A stretch of DNA of 64,000 nt from Naegleria gruberi (taxonomy: Eukaryota). The first letter of the stretch is position 1; every line of letters begins with the position of its first letter. Below the pieces are notes generated by a model. The model made no database searches and had not been told where the DNA came from. It worked only from the letters and a program-made list of their open reading frames with translations. The stretch is taken from the NCBI GenBank assembly GCA_000004985.1, contig GG738866.1. One strand, 5' to 3'. Positions 32,001 to 44,000 of the stretch are shown here, one piece after another. The translations under genes were made by a program, and so were the position numbers.

Positions 32001-35000
32001 NNNNNNNNNNNNNNNNNNNNNNNNNNNNNNNNNNNNNNNNNNNNNNNNNNNNNNNNNNNNNNNNNNNNNNNNNNNNNNNNNNNNNNNNNNNNNNNNNNNN
32101 NNNNNNNNNNNNNNNNNNNNNNNNNNNNNNNNNNNNNNNNNNNNNNNNNNNNNNNNNNNNNNNNNNNNNNNNNNNNNNNNNNNNNNNNNNNNNNNNNNNN
32201 NNNNNNNNNNNNNNNNNNNNNNNNNNNNNNNNNNNNNNNNNNNNNNNNNNNNNNNNNNNNNNNNNNNNNNNNNNNNNNNNNNNNNNNNNNNNNNNNNNNN
32301 NNNNNNNNNNNNNNNNNNNNNNNNNNNNNNNNNNNNNNNNNNNNNNNNNNNNNNNNNNNNNNNNNNNNNNNNNNNNNNNNNNNNNNNNNNNNNNNNNNNN
32401 NNNNNNNNNNNNNNNNNNNNNNNNNNNNNNNNNNNNNNNNNNNNNNNNNNNNNNNNNNNNNNNNNNNNNNNNNNNNNNNNNNNNNNNNNNNNNNNNNNNN
32501 NNNNNNNNNNNNNNNNNNNNNNNNNNNNNNNNNNNNNNNNNNNNNNNNNNNNNNNNNNNNNNNNNNNNNNNNNNNNNNNNNNNNNNNNNNNNNNNNNNNN
32601 NNNNNNNNNNNNNNNNNNNNNNNNNNNNNNNNNNNNNNNNNNNNNNNNNNNNNNNNNNNNNNNNNNNNNNNNNNNNNNNNNNNNNNNNNNNNNNNNNNNN
32701 NNNNNNNNNNNNNNNNNNNNNNNNNNNNNNNNNNNNNNNNNNNNNNNNNNNNNNNNNNNNNNNNNNNNNNNNNNNNNNNNNNNNNNNNNNNNNNNNNNNN
32801 NNNNNNNNNNNNNNNNNNNNNNNNNNNNNNNNNNNNNNNNNNNNNNNNNNNNNNNNNNNNNNNNNNNNNNNNNNNNNNNNNNNNNNNNNNNNNNNNNNNN
32901 NNNNNNNNNNNNNNNNNNNNNNNNNNNNNNNNNNNNNNNNNNNNNNNNNNNNNNNNNNNNNNNNNNNNNNNNNNNNNNNNNNNNNNNNNNNNNNNNNNNN
33001 NNNNNNNNNNNNNNNNNNNNNNNNNNNNNNNNNNNNNNNNNNNNNNNNNNNNNNNNNNNNNNNNNNNNNNNNNNNNNNNNNNNNNNNNNNNNNNNNNNNN
33101 NNNNNNNNNNNNNNNNNNNNNNNNNNNNNNNNNNNNNNNNNNNNNNNNNNNNNNNNNNNNNNNNNNNNNNNNNNNNNNNNNNNNNNNNNNNNNNNNNNNN
33201 NNNNNNNNNNNNNNNNNNNNNNNNNNNNNNNNNNNNNNNNNNNNNNNNNNNNNNNNNNNNNNNNNNNNNNNNNNNNNNNNNNNNNNNNNNNNNNNNNNNN
33301 NNNNNNNNNNNNNNNNNNNNNNNNNNNNNNNNNNNNNNNNNNNNNNNNNNNNNNNNNNNNNNNNNNNNNNNNNNNNNNNNNNNNNNNNNNNNNNNNNNNN
33401 NNNNNNNNNNNNNNNNNNNNNNNNNNNNNNNNNNNNNNNNNNNNNNNNNNNNNNNNNNNNNNNNNNNNNNNNNNNNNNNNNNNNNNNNNNNNNNNNNNNN
33501 NNNNNNNNNNNNNNNNNNNNNNNNNNNNNNNNNNNNNNNNNNNNNNNNNNNNNNNNNNNNNNNNNNNNNNNNNNNNNNNNNNNNNNNNNNNNNNNNNNNN
33601 NNNNNNNNNNNNNNNNNNNNNNNNNNNNNNNNNNNNNNNNNNNNNNNNNNNNNNNNNNNNNNNNNNNNNNNNNNNNNNNNNNNNNNNNNNNNNNNNNNNN
33701 NNNNNNNNNNNNNNNNNNNNNNNNNNNNNNNNNNNNNNNNNNNNNNNNNNNNNNNNNNNNNNNNNNNNNNNNNNNNNNNNNNNNNNNNNNNNNNNNNNNN
33801 NNNNNNNNNNNNNNNNNNNNNNNNNNNNNNNNNNNNNNNNNNNNNNNNNNNNNNNNNNNNNNNNNNNNNNNNNNNNNNNNNNNNNNNNNNNNNNNNNNNN
33901 NNNNNNNNNNNNNNNNNNNNNNNNNNNNNNNNNNNNNNNNNNNNNNNNNNNNNNNNNNNNNNNNNNNNNNNNNNNNNNNNNNNNNNNNNNNNNNNNNNNN
34001 NNNNNNNNNNNNNNNNNNNNNNNNNNNNNNNNNNNNNNNNNNNNNNNNNNNNNNNNNNNNNNNNNNNNNNNNNNNNNNNNNNNNNNNNNNNNNNNNNNNN
34101 NNNNNNNNNNNNNNNNNNNNNNNNNNNNNNNNNNNNNNNNNNNNNNNNNNNNNNNNNNNNNNNNNNNNNNNNNNNNNNNNNNNNNNNNNNNNNNNNNNNN
34201 NNNNNNNNNNNNNNNNNNNNNNNNNNNNNNNNNNNNNNNNNNNNNNNNNNNNNNNNNNNNNNNNNNNNNNNNNNNNNNNNNNNNNNNNNNNNNNNNNNNN
34301 NNNNNNNNNNNNNNNNNNNNNNNNNNNNNNNNNNNNNNNNNNNNNNNNNNNNNNNNNNNNNNNNNNNNNNNNNNNNNNNNNNNNNNNNNNNNNNNNNNNN
34401 NNNNNNNNNNNNNNNNNNNNNNNNNNNNNNNNNNNNNNNNNNNNNNNNNNNNNNNNNNNNNNNNNNNNNNNNNNNNNNNNNNNNNNNNNNNNNNNNNNNN
34501 NNNNNNNNNNNNNNNNNNNNNNNNNNNNNNNNNNNNNNNNNNNNNNNNNNNNNNNNNNNNNNNNNNNNNNNNNNNNNNNNNNNNNNNNNNNNNNNNNNNN
34601 NNNNNNNNNNNNNNNNNNNNNNNNNNNNNNNNNNNNNNNNNNNNNNNNNNNNNNNNNNNNNNNNNNNNNNNNNNNNNNNNNNNNNNNNNNNNNNNNNNNN
34701 NNNNNNNNNNNNNNNNNNNNNNNNNNNNNNNNNNNNNNNNNNNNNNNNNNNNNNNNNNNNNNNNNNNNNNNNNNNNNNNNNNNNNNNNNNNNNNNNNNNN
34801 NNNNNNNNNNNNNNNNNNNNNNNNNNNNNNNNNNNNNNNNNNNNNNNNNNNNNNNNNNNNNNNNNNNNNNNNNNNNNNNNNNNNNNNNNNNNNNNNNNNN
34901 NNNNNNNNNNNNNNNNNNNNNNNNNNNNNNNNNNNNNNNNNNNNNNNNNNNNNNNNNNNNNNNNNNNNNNNNNNNNNNNNNNNNNNNNNNNNNNNNNNNN

Positions 35001-38000
35001 NNNNNNNNNNNNNNNNNNNNNNNNNNNNNNNNNNNNNNNNNNNNNNNNNNNNNNNNNNNNNNNNNNNNNNNNNNNNNNNNNNNNNNNNNNNNNNNNNNNN
35101 NNNNNNNNNNNNNNNNNNNNNNNNNNNNNNNNNNNNNNNNNNNNNNNNNNNNNNNNNNNNNNNNNNNNNNNNNNNNNNNNNNNNNNNNNNNNNNNNNNNN
35201 NNNNNNNNNNNNNNNNNNNNNNNNNNNNNNNNNNNNNNNNNNNNNNNNNNNNNNNNNNNNNNNNNNNNNNNNNNNNNNNNNNNNNNNNNNNNNNNNNNNN
35301 NNNNNNNNNNNNNNNNNNNNNNNNNNNNNNNNNNNNNNNNNNNNNNNNNNNNNNNNNNNNNNNNNNNNNNNNNNNNNNNNNNNNNNNNNNNNNNNNNNNN
35401 NNNNNNNNNNNNNNNNNNNNNNNNNNNNNNNNNNNNNNNNNNNNNNNNNNNNNNNNNNNNNNNNNNNNNNNNNNNNNNNNNNNNNNNNNNNNNNNNNNNN
35501 NNNNNNNNNNNNNNNNNNNNNNNNNNNNNNNNNNNNNNNNNNNNNNNNNNNNNNNNNNNNNNNNNNNNNNNNNNNNNNNNNNNNNNNNNNNNNNNNNNNN
35601 NNNNNNNNNNNNNNNNNNNNNNNNNNNNNNNNNNNNNNNNNNNNNNNNNNNNNNNNNNNNNNNNNNNNNNNNNNNNNNNNNNNNNNNNNNNNNNNNNNNN
35701 NNNNNNNNNNNNNNNNNNNNNNNNNNNNNNNNNNNNNNNNNNNNNNNNNNNNNNNNNNNNNNNNNNNNNNNNNNNNNNNNNNNNNNNNNNNNNNNNNNNN
35801 NNNNNNNNNNNNNNNNNNNNNNNNNNNNNNNNNNNNNNNNNNNNNNNNNNNNNNNNNNNNNNNNNNNNNNNNNNNNNNNNNNNNNNNNNNNNNNNNNNNN
35901 NNNNNNNNNNNNNNNNNNNNNNNNNNNNNNNNNNNNNNNNNNNNNNNNNNNNNNNNNNNNNNNNNNNNNNNNNNNNNNNNNNNNNNNNNNNNNNNNNNNN
36001 NNNNNNNNNNNNNNNNNNNNNNNNNNNNNNNNNNNNNNNNNNNNNNNNNNNNNNNNNNNNNNNNNNNNNNNNNNNNNNNNNNNNNNNNNNNNNNNNNNNN
36101 NNNNNNNNNNNNNNNNNNNNNNNNNNNNNNNNNNNNNNNNNNNNNNNNNNNNNNNNNNNNNNNNNNNNNNNNNNNNNNNNNNNNNNNNNNNNNNNNNNNN
36201 NNNNNNNNNNNNNNNNNNNNNNNNNNNNNNNNNNNNNNNNNNNNNNNNNNNNNNNNNNNNNNNNNNNNNNNNNNNNNNNNNNNNNNNNNNNNNNNNNNNN
36301 NNNNNNNNNNNNNNNNNNNNNNNNNNNNNNNNNNNNNNNNNNNNNNNNNNNNNNNNNNNNNNNNNNNNNNNNNNNNNNNNNNNNNNNNNNNNNNNNNNNN
36401 NNNNNNNNNNNNNNNNNNNNNNNNNNNNNNNNNNNNNNNNNNNNNNNNNNNNNNNNNNNNNNNNNNNNNNNNNNNNNNNNNNNNNNNNNNNNNNNNNNNN
36501 NNNNNNNNNNNNNNNNNNNNNNNNNNNNNNNNNNNNNNNNNNNNNNNNNNNNNNNNNNNNNNNNNNNNNNNNNNNNNNNNNNNNNNNNNNNNNNNNNNNN
36601 NNNNNNNNNNNNNNNNNNNNNNNNNNNNNNNNNNNNNNNNNNNNNNNNNNNNNNNNNNNNNNNNNNNNNNNNNNNNNNNNNNNNNNNNNNNNNNNNNNNN
36701 NNNNNNNNNNNNNNNNNNNNNNNNNNNNNNNNNNNNNNNNNNNNNNNNNNNNNNNNNNNNNNNNNNNNNNNNNNNNNNNNNNNNNNNNNNNNNNNNNNNN
36801 NNNNNNNNNNNNNNNNNNNNNNNNNNNNNNNNNNNNNNNNNNNNNNNNNNNNNNNNNNNNNNNNNNNNNNNNNNNNNNNNNNNNNNNNNNNNNNNNNNNN
36901 NNNNNNNNNNNNNNNNNNNNNNNNNNNNNNNNNNNNNNNNNNNNNNNNNNNNNNNNNNNNNNNNNNNNNNNNNNNNNNNNNNNNNNNNNNNNNNNNNNNN
37001 NNNNNNNNNNNNNNNNNNNNNNNNNNNNNNNNNNNNNNNNNNNNNNNNNNNNNNNNNNNNNNNNNNNNNNNNNNNNNNNNNNNNNNNNNNNNNNNNNNNN
37101 NNNNNNNNNNNNNNNNNNNNNNNNNNNNNNNNNNNNNNNNNNNNNNNNNNNNNNNNNNNNNNNNNNNNNNNNNNNNNNNNNNNNNNNNNNNNNNNNNNNN
37201 NNNNNNNNNNNNNNNNNNNNNNNNNNNNNNNNNNNNNNNNNNNNNNNNNNNNNNNNNNNNNNNNNNNNNNNNNNNNNNNNNNNNNNNNNNNNNNNNNNNN
37301 NNNNNNNNNNNNNNNNNNNNNNNNNNNNNNNNNNNNNNNNNNNNNNNNNNNNNNNNNNNNNNNNNNNNNNNNNNNNNNNNNNNNNNNNNNNNNNNNNNNN
37401 NNNNNNNNNNNNNNNNNNNNNNNNNNNNNNNNNNNNNNNNNNNNNNNNNNNNNNNNNNNNNNNNNNNNNNNNNNNNNNNNNNNNNNNNNNNNNNNNNNNN
37501 NNNNNNNNNNNNNNNNNNNNNNNNNNNNNNNNNNNNNNNNNNNNNNNNNNNNNNNNNNNNNNNNNNNNNNNNNNNNNNNNNNNNNNNNNNNNNNNNNNNN
37601 NNNNNNNNNNNNNNNNNNNNNNNNNNNNNNNNNNNNNNNNNNNNNNNNNNNNNNNNNNNNNNNNNNNNNNNNNNNNNNNNNNNNNNNNNNNNNNNNNNNN
37701 NNNNNNNNNNNNNNNNNNNNNNNNNNNNNNNNNNNNNNNNNNNNNNNNNNNNNNNNNNNNNNNNNNNNNNNNNNNNNNNNNNNNNNNNNNNNNNNNNNNN
37801 NNNNNNNNNNNNNNNNNNNNNNNNNNNNNNNNNNNNNNNNNNNNNNNNNNNNNNNNNNNNNNNNNNNNNNNNNNNNNNNNNNNNNNNNNNNNNNNNNNNN
37901 NNNNNNNNNNNNNNNNNNNNNNNNNNNNNNNNNNNNNNNNNNNNNNNNNNNNNNNNNNNNNNNNNNNNNNNNNNNNNNNNNNNNNNNNNNNNNNNNNNNN

Positions 38001-41000
38001 NNNNNNNNNNNNNNNNNNNNNNNNNNNNNNNNNNNNNNNNNNNNNNNNNNNNNNNNNNNNNNNNNNNNNNNNNNNNNNNNNNNNNNNNNNNNNNNNNNNN
38101 NNNNNNNNNNNNNNNNNNNNNNNNNNNNNNNNNNNNNNNNNNNNNNNNNNNNNNNNNNNNNNNNNNNNNNNNNNNNNNNNNNNNNNNNNNNNNNNNNNNN
38201 NNNNNNNNNNNNNNNNNNNNNNNNNNNNNNNNNNNNNNNNNNNNNNNNNNNNNNNNNNNNNNNNNNNNNNNNNNNNNNNNNNNNNNNNNNNNNNNNNNNN
38301 NNNNNNNNNNNNNNNNNNNNNNNNNNNNNNNNNNNNNNNNNNNNNNNNNNNNNNNNNNNNNNNNNNNNNNNNNNNNNNNNNNNNNNNNNNNNNNNNNNNN
38401 NNNNNNNNNNNNNNNNNNNNNNNNNNNNNNNNNNNNNNNNNNNNNNNNNNNNNNNNNNNNNNNNNNNNNNNNNNNNNNNNNNNNNNNNNNNNNNNNNNNN
38501 NNNNNNNNNNNNNNNNNNNNNNNNNNNNNNNNNNNNNNNNNNNNNNNNNNNNNNNNNNNNNNNNNNNNNNNNNNNNNNNNNNNNNNNNNNNNNNNNNNNN
38601 NNNNNNNNNNNNNNNNNNNNNNNNNNNNNNNNNNNNNNNNNNNNNNNNNNNNNNNNNNNNNNNNNNNNNNNNNNNNNNNNNNNNNNNNNNNNNNNNNNNN
38701 NNNNNNNNNNNNNNNNNNNNNNNNNNNNNNNNNNNNNNNNNNNNNNNNNNNNNNNNNNNNNNNNNNNNNNNNNNNNNNNNNNNNNNNNNNNNNNNNNNNN
38801 NNNNNNNNNNNNNNNNNNNNNNNNNNNNNNNNNNNNNNNNNNNNNNNNNNNNNNNNNNNNNNNNNNNNNNNNNNNNNNNNNNNNNNNNNNNNNNNNNNNN
38901 NNNNNNNNNNNNNNNNNNNNNNNNNNNNNNNNNNNNNNNNNNNNNNNNNNNNNNNNNNNNNNNNNNNNNNNNNNNNNNNNNNNNNNNNNNNNNNNNNNNN
39001 NNNNNNNNNNNNNNNNNNNNNNNNNNNNNNNNNNNNNNNNNNNNNNNNNNNNNNNNNNNNNNNNNNNNNNNNNNNNNNNNNNNNNNNNNNNNNNNNNNNN
39101 NNNNNNNNNNNNNNNNNNNNNNNNNNNNNNNNNNNNNNNNNNNNNNNNNNNNNNNNNNNNNNNNNNNNNNNNNNNNNNNNNNNNNNNNNNNNNNNNNNNN
39201 NNNNNNNNNNNNNNNNNNNNNNNNNNNNNNNNNNNNNNNNNNNNNNNNNNNNNNNNNNNNNNNNNNNNNNNNNNNNNNNNNNNNNNNNNNNNNNNNNNNN
39301 NNNNNNNNNNNNNNNNNNNNNNNNNNNNNNNNNNNNNNNNNNNNNNNNNNNNNNNNNNNNNNNNNNNNNNNNNNNNNNNNNNNNNNNNNNNNNNNNNNNN
39401 NNNNNNNNNNNNNNNNNNNNNNNNNNNNNNNNNNNNNNNNNNNNNNNNNNNNNNNNNNNNNNNNNNNNNNNNNNNNNNNNNNNNNNNNNNNNNNNNNNNN
39501 NNNNNNNNNNNNNNNNNNNNNNNNNNNNNNNNNNNNNNNNNNNNNNNNNNNNNNNNNNNNNNNNNNNNNNNNNNNNNNNNNNNNNNNNNNNNNNNNNNNN
39601 NNNNNNNNNNNNNNNNNNNNNNNNNNNNNNNNNNNNNNNNNNNNNNNNNNNNNNNNNNNNNNNNNNNNNNNNNNNNNNNNNNNNNNNNNNNNNNNNNNNN
39701 NNNNNNNNNNNNNNNNNNNNNNNNNNNNNNNNNNNNNNNNNNNNNNNNNNNNNNNNNNNNNNNNNNNNNNNNNNNNNNNNNNNNNNNNNNNNNNNNNNNN
39801 NNNNNNNNNNNNNNNNNNNNNNNNNNNNNNNNNNNNNNNNNNNNNNNNNNNNNNNNNNNNNNNNNNNNNNNNNNNNNNNNNNNNNNNNNNNNNNNNNNNN
39901 NNNNNNNNNNNNNNNNNNNNNNNNNNNNNNNNNNNNNNNNNNNNNNNNNNNNNNNNNNNNNNNNNNNNNNNNNNNNNNNNNNNNNNNNNNNNNNNNNNNN
40001 NNNNNNNNNNNNNNNNNNNNNNNNNNNNNNNNNNNNNNNNNNNNNNNNNNNNNNNNNNNNNNNNNNNNNNNNNNNNNNNNNNNNNNNNNNNNNNNNNNNN
40101 NNNNNNNNNNNNNNNNNNNNNNNNNNNNNNNNNNNNNNNNNNNNNNNNNNNNNNNNNNNNNNNNNNNNNNNNNNNNNNNNNNNNNNNNNNNNNNNNNNNN
40201 NNNNNNNNNNNNNNNNNNNNNNNNNNNNNNNNNNNNNNNNNNNNNNNNNNNNNNNNNNNNNNNNNNNNNNNNNNNNNNNNNNNNNNNNNNNNNNNNNNNN
40301 NNNNNNNNNNNNNNNNNNNNNNNNNNNNNNNNNNNNNNNNNNNNNNNNNNNNNNNNNNNNNNNNNNNNNNNNNNNNNNNNNNNNNNNNNNNNNNNNNNNN
40401 NNNNNNNNNNNNNNNNNNNNNNNNNNNNNNNNNNNNNNNNNNNNNNNNNNNNNNNNNNNNNNNNNNNNNNNNNNNNNNNNNNNNNNNNNNNNNNNNNNNN
40501 NNNNNNNNNNNNNNNNNNNNNNNNNNNNNNNNNNNNNNNNNNNNNNNNNNNNNNNNNNNNNNNNNNNNNNNNNNNNNNNNNNNNNNNNNNNNNNNNNNNN
40601 NNNNNNNNNNNNNNNNNNNNNNNNNNNNNNNNNNNNNNNNNNNNNNNNNNNNNNNNNNNNNNNNNNNNNNNNNNNNNNNNNNNNNNNNNNNNNNNNNNNN
40701 NNNNNNNNNNNNNNNNNNNNNNNNNNNNNNNNNNNNNNNNNNNNNNNNNNNNNNNNNNNNNNNNNNNNNNNNNNNNNNNNNNNNNNNNNNNNNNNNNNNN
40801 NNNNNNNNNNNNNNNNNNNNNNNNNNNNNNNNNNNNNNNNNNNNNNNNNNNNNNNNNNNNNNNNNNNNNNNNNNNNNNNNNNNNNNNNNNNNNNNNNNNN
40901 NNNNNNNNNNNNNNNNNNNNNNNNNNNNNNNNNNNNNNNNNNNNNNNNNNNNNNNNNNNNNNNNNNNNNNNNNNNNNNNNNNNNNNNNNNNNNNNNNNNN

Positions 41001-44000
41001 NNNNNNNNNNNNNNNNNNNNNNNNNNNNNNNNNNNNNNNNNNNNNNNNNNNNNNNNNNNNNNNNNNNNNNNNNNNNNNNNNNNNNNNNNNNNNNNNNNNN
41101 NNNNNNNNNNNNNNNNNNNNNNNNNNNNNNNNNNNNNNNNNNNNNNNNNNNNNNNNNNNNNNNNNNNNNNNNNNNNNNNNNNNNNNNNNNNNNNNNNNNN
41201 NNNNNNNNNNNNNNNNNNNNNNNNNNNNNNNNNNNNNNNNNNNNNNNNNNNNNNNNNNNNNNNNNNNNNNNNNNNNNNNNNNNNNNNNNNNNNNNNNNNN
41301 NNNNNNNNNNNNNNNNNNNNNNNNNNNNNNNNNNNNNNNNNNNNNNNNNNNNNNNNNNNNNNNNNNNNNNNNNNNNNNNNNNNNNNNNNNNNNNNNNNNN
41401 NNNNNNNNNNNNNNNNNNNNNNNNNNNNNNNNNNNNNNNNNNNNNNNNNNNNNNNNNNNNNNNNNNNNNNNNNNNNNNNNNNNNNNNNNNNNNNNNNNNN
41501 NNNNNNNNNNNNNNNNNNNNNNNNNNNNNNNNNNNNNNNNNNNNNNNNNNNNNNNNNNNNNNNNNNNNNNNNNNNNNNNNNNNNNNNNNNNNNNNNNNNN
41601 NNNNNNNNNNNNNNNNNNNNNNNNNNNNNNNNNNNNNNNNNNNNNNNNNNNNNNNNNNNNNNNNNNNNNNNNNNNNNNNNNNNNNNNNNNNNNNNNNNNN
41701 NNNNNNNNNNNNNNNNNNNNNNNNNNNNNNNNNNNNNNNNNNNNNNNNNNNNNNNNNNNNNNNNNNNNNNNNNNNNNNNNNNNNNNNNNNNNNNNNNNNN
41801 NNNNNNNNNNNNNNNNNNNNNNNNNNNNNNNNNNNNNNNNNNNNNNNNNNNNNNNNNNNNNNNNNNNNNNNNNNNNNNNNNNNNNNNNNNNNNNNNNNNN
41901 NNNNNNNNNNNNNNNNNNNNNNNNNNNNNNNNNNNNNNNNNNNNNNNNNNNNNNNNNNNNNNNNNNNNNNNNNNNNNNNNNNNNNNNNNNNNNNNNNNNN
42001 NNNNNNNNNNNNNNNNNNNNNNNNNNNNNNNNNNNNNNNNNNNNNNNNNNNNNNNNNNNNNNNNNNNNNNNNNNNNNNNNNNNNNNNNNNNNNNNNNNNN
42101 NNNNNNNNNNNNNNNNNNNNNNNNNNNNNNNNNNNNNNNNNNNNNNNNNNNNNNNNNNNNNNNNNNNNNNNNNNNNNNNNNNNNNNNNNNNNNNNNNNNN
42201 NNNNNNNNNNNNNNNNNNNNNNNNNNNNNNNNNNNNNNNNNNNNNNNNNNNNNNNNNNNNNNNNNNNNNNNNNNNNNNNNNNNNNNNNNNNNNNNNNNNN
42301 NNNNNNNNNNNNNNNNNNNNNNNNNNNNNNNNNNNNNNNNNNNNNNNNNNNNNNNNNNNNNNNNNNNNNNNNNNNNNNNNNNNNNNNNNNNNNNNNNNNN
42401 NNNNNNNNNNNNNNNNNNNNNNNNNNNNNNNNNNNNNNNNNNNNNNNNNNNNNNNNNNNNNNNNNNNNNNNNNNNNNNNNNNNNNNNNNNNNNNNNNNNN
42501 NNNNNNNNNNNNNNNNNNNNNNNNNNNNNNNNNNNNNNNNNNNNNNNNNNNNNNNNNNNNNNNNNNNNNNNNNNNNNNNNNNNNNNNNNNNNNNNNNNNN
42601 NNNNNNNNNNNNNNNNNNNNNNNNNNNNNNNNNNNNNNNNNNNNNNNNNNNNNNNNNNNNNNNNNNNNNNNNNNNNNNNNNNNNNNNNNNNNNNNNNNNN
42701 NNNNNNNNNNNNNNNNNNNNNNNNNNNNNNNNNNNNNNNNNNNNNNNNNNNNNNNNNNNNNNNNNNNNNNNNNNNNNNNNNNNNNNNNNNNNNNNNNNNN
42801 NNNNNNNNNNNNNNNNNNNNNNNNNNNNNNNNNNNNNNNNNNNNNNNNNNNNNNNNNNNNNNNNNNNNNNNNNNNNNNNNNNNNNNNNNNNNNNNNNNNN
42901 NNNNNNNNNNNNNNNNNNNNNNNNNNNNNNNNNNNNNNNNNNNNNNNNNNNNNNNNNNNNNNNNNNNNNNNNNNNNNNNNNNNNNNNNNNNNNNNNNNNN
43001 NNNNNNNNNNNNNNNNNNNNNNNNNNNNNNNNNNNNNNNNNNNNNNNNNNNNNNNNNNNNNNNNNNNNNNNNNNNNNNNNNNNNNNNNNNNNNNNNNNNN
43101 NNNNNNNNNNNNNNNNNNNNNNNNNNNNNNNNNNNNNNNNNNNNNNNNNNNNNNNNNNNNNNNNNNNNNNNNNNNNNNNNNNNNNNNNNNNNNNNNNNNN
43201 NNNNNNNNNNNNNNNNNNNNNNNNNNNNNNNNNNNNNNNNNNNNNNNNNNNNNNNNNNNNNNNNNNNNNNNNNNNNNNNNNNNNNNNNNNNNNNNNNNNN
43301 NNNNNNNNNNNNNNNNNNNNNNNNNNNNNNNNNNNNNNNNNNNNNNNNNNNNNNNNNNNNNNNNNNNNNNNNNNNNNNNNNNNNNNNNNNNNNNNNNNNN
43401 NNNNNNNNNNNNNNNNNNNNNNNNNNNNNNNNNNNNNNNNNNNNNNNNNNNNNNNNNNNNNNNNNNNNNNNNNNNNNNNNNNNNNNNNNNNNNNNNNNNN
43501 NNNNNNNNNNNNNNNNNNNNNNNNNNNNNNNNNNNNNNNNNNNNNNNNNNNNNNNNNNNNNNNNNNNNNNNNNNNNNNNNNNNNNNNNNNNNNNNNNNNN
43601 NNNNNNNNNNNNNNNNNNNNNNNNNNNNNNNNNNNNNNNNNNNNNNNNNNNNNNNNNNNNNNNNNNNNNNNNNNNNNNNNNNNNNNNNNNNNNNNNNNNN
43701 NNNNNNNNNNNNNNNNNNNNNNNNNNNNNNNNNNNNNNNNNNNNNNNNNNNNNNNNNNNNNNNNNNNNNNNNNNNNNNNNNNNNNNNNNNNNNNNNNNNN
43801 NNNNNNNNNNNNNNNNNNNNNNNNNNNNNNNNNNNNNNNNNNNNNNNNNNNNNNNNNNNNNNNNNNNNNNNNNNNNNNNNNNNNNNNNNNNNNNNNNNNN
43901 NNNNNNNNNNNNNNNNNNNNNNNNNNNNNNNNNNNNNNNNNNNNNNNNNNNNNNNNNNNNNNNNNNNNNNNNNNNNNNNNNNNNNNNNNNNNNNNNNNNN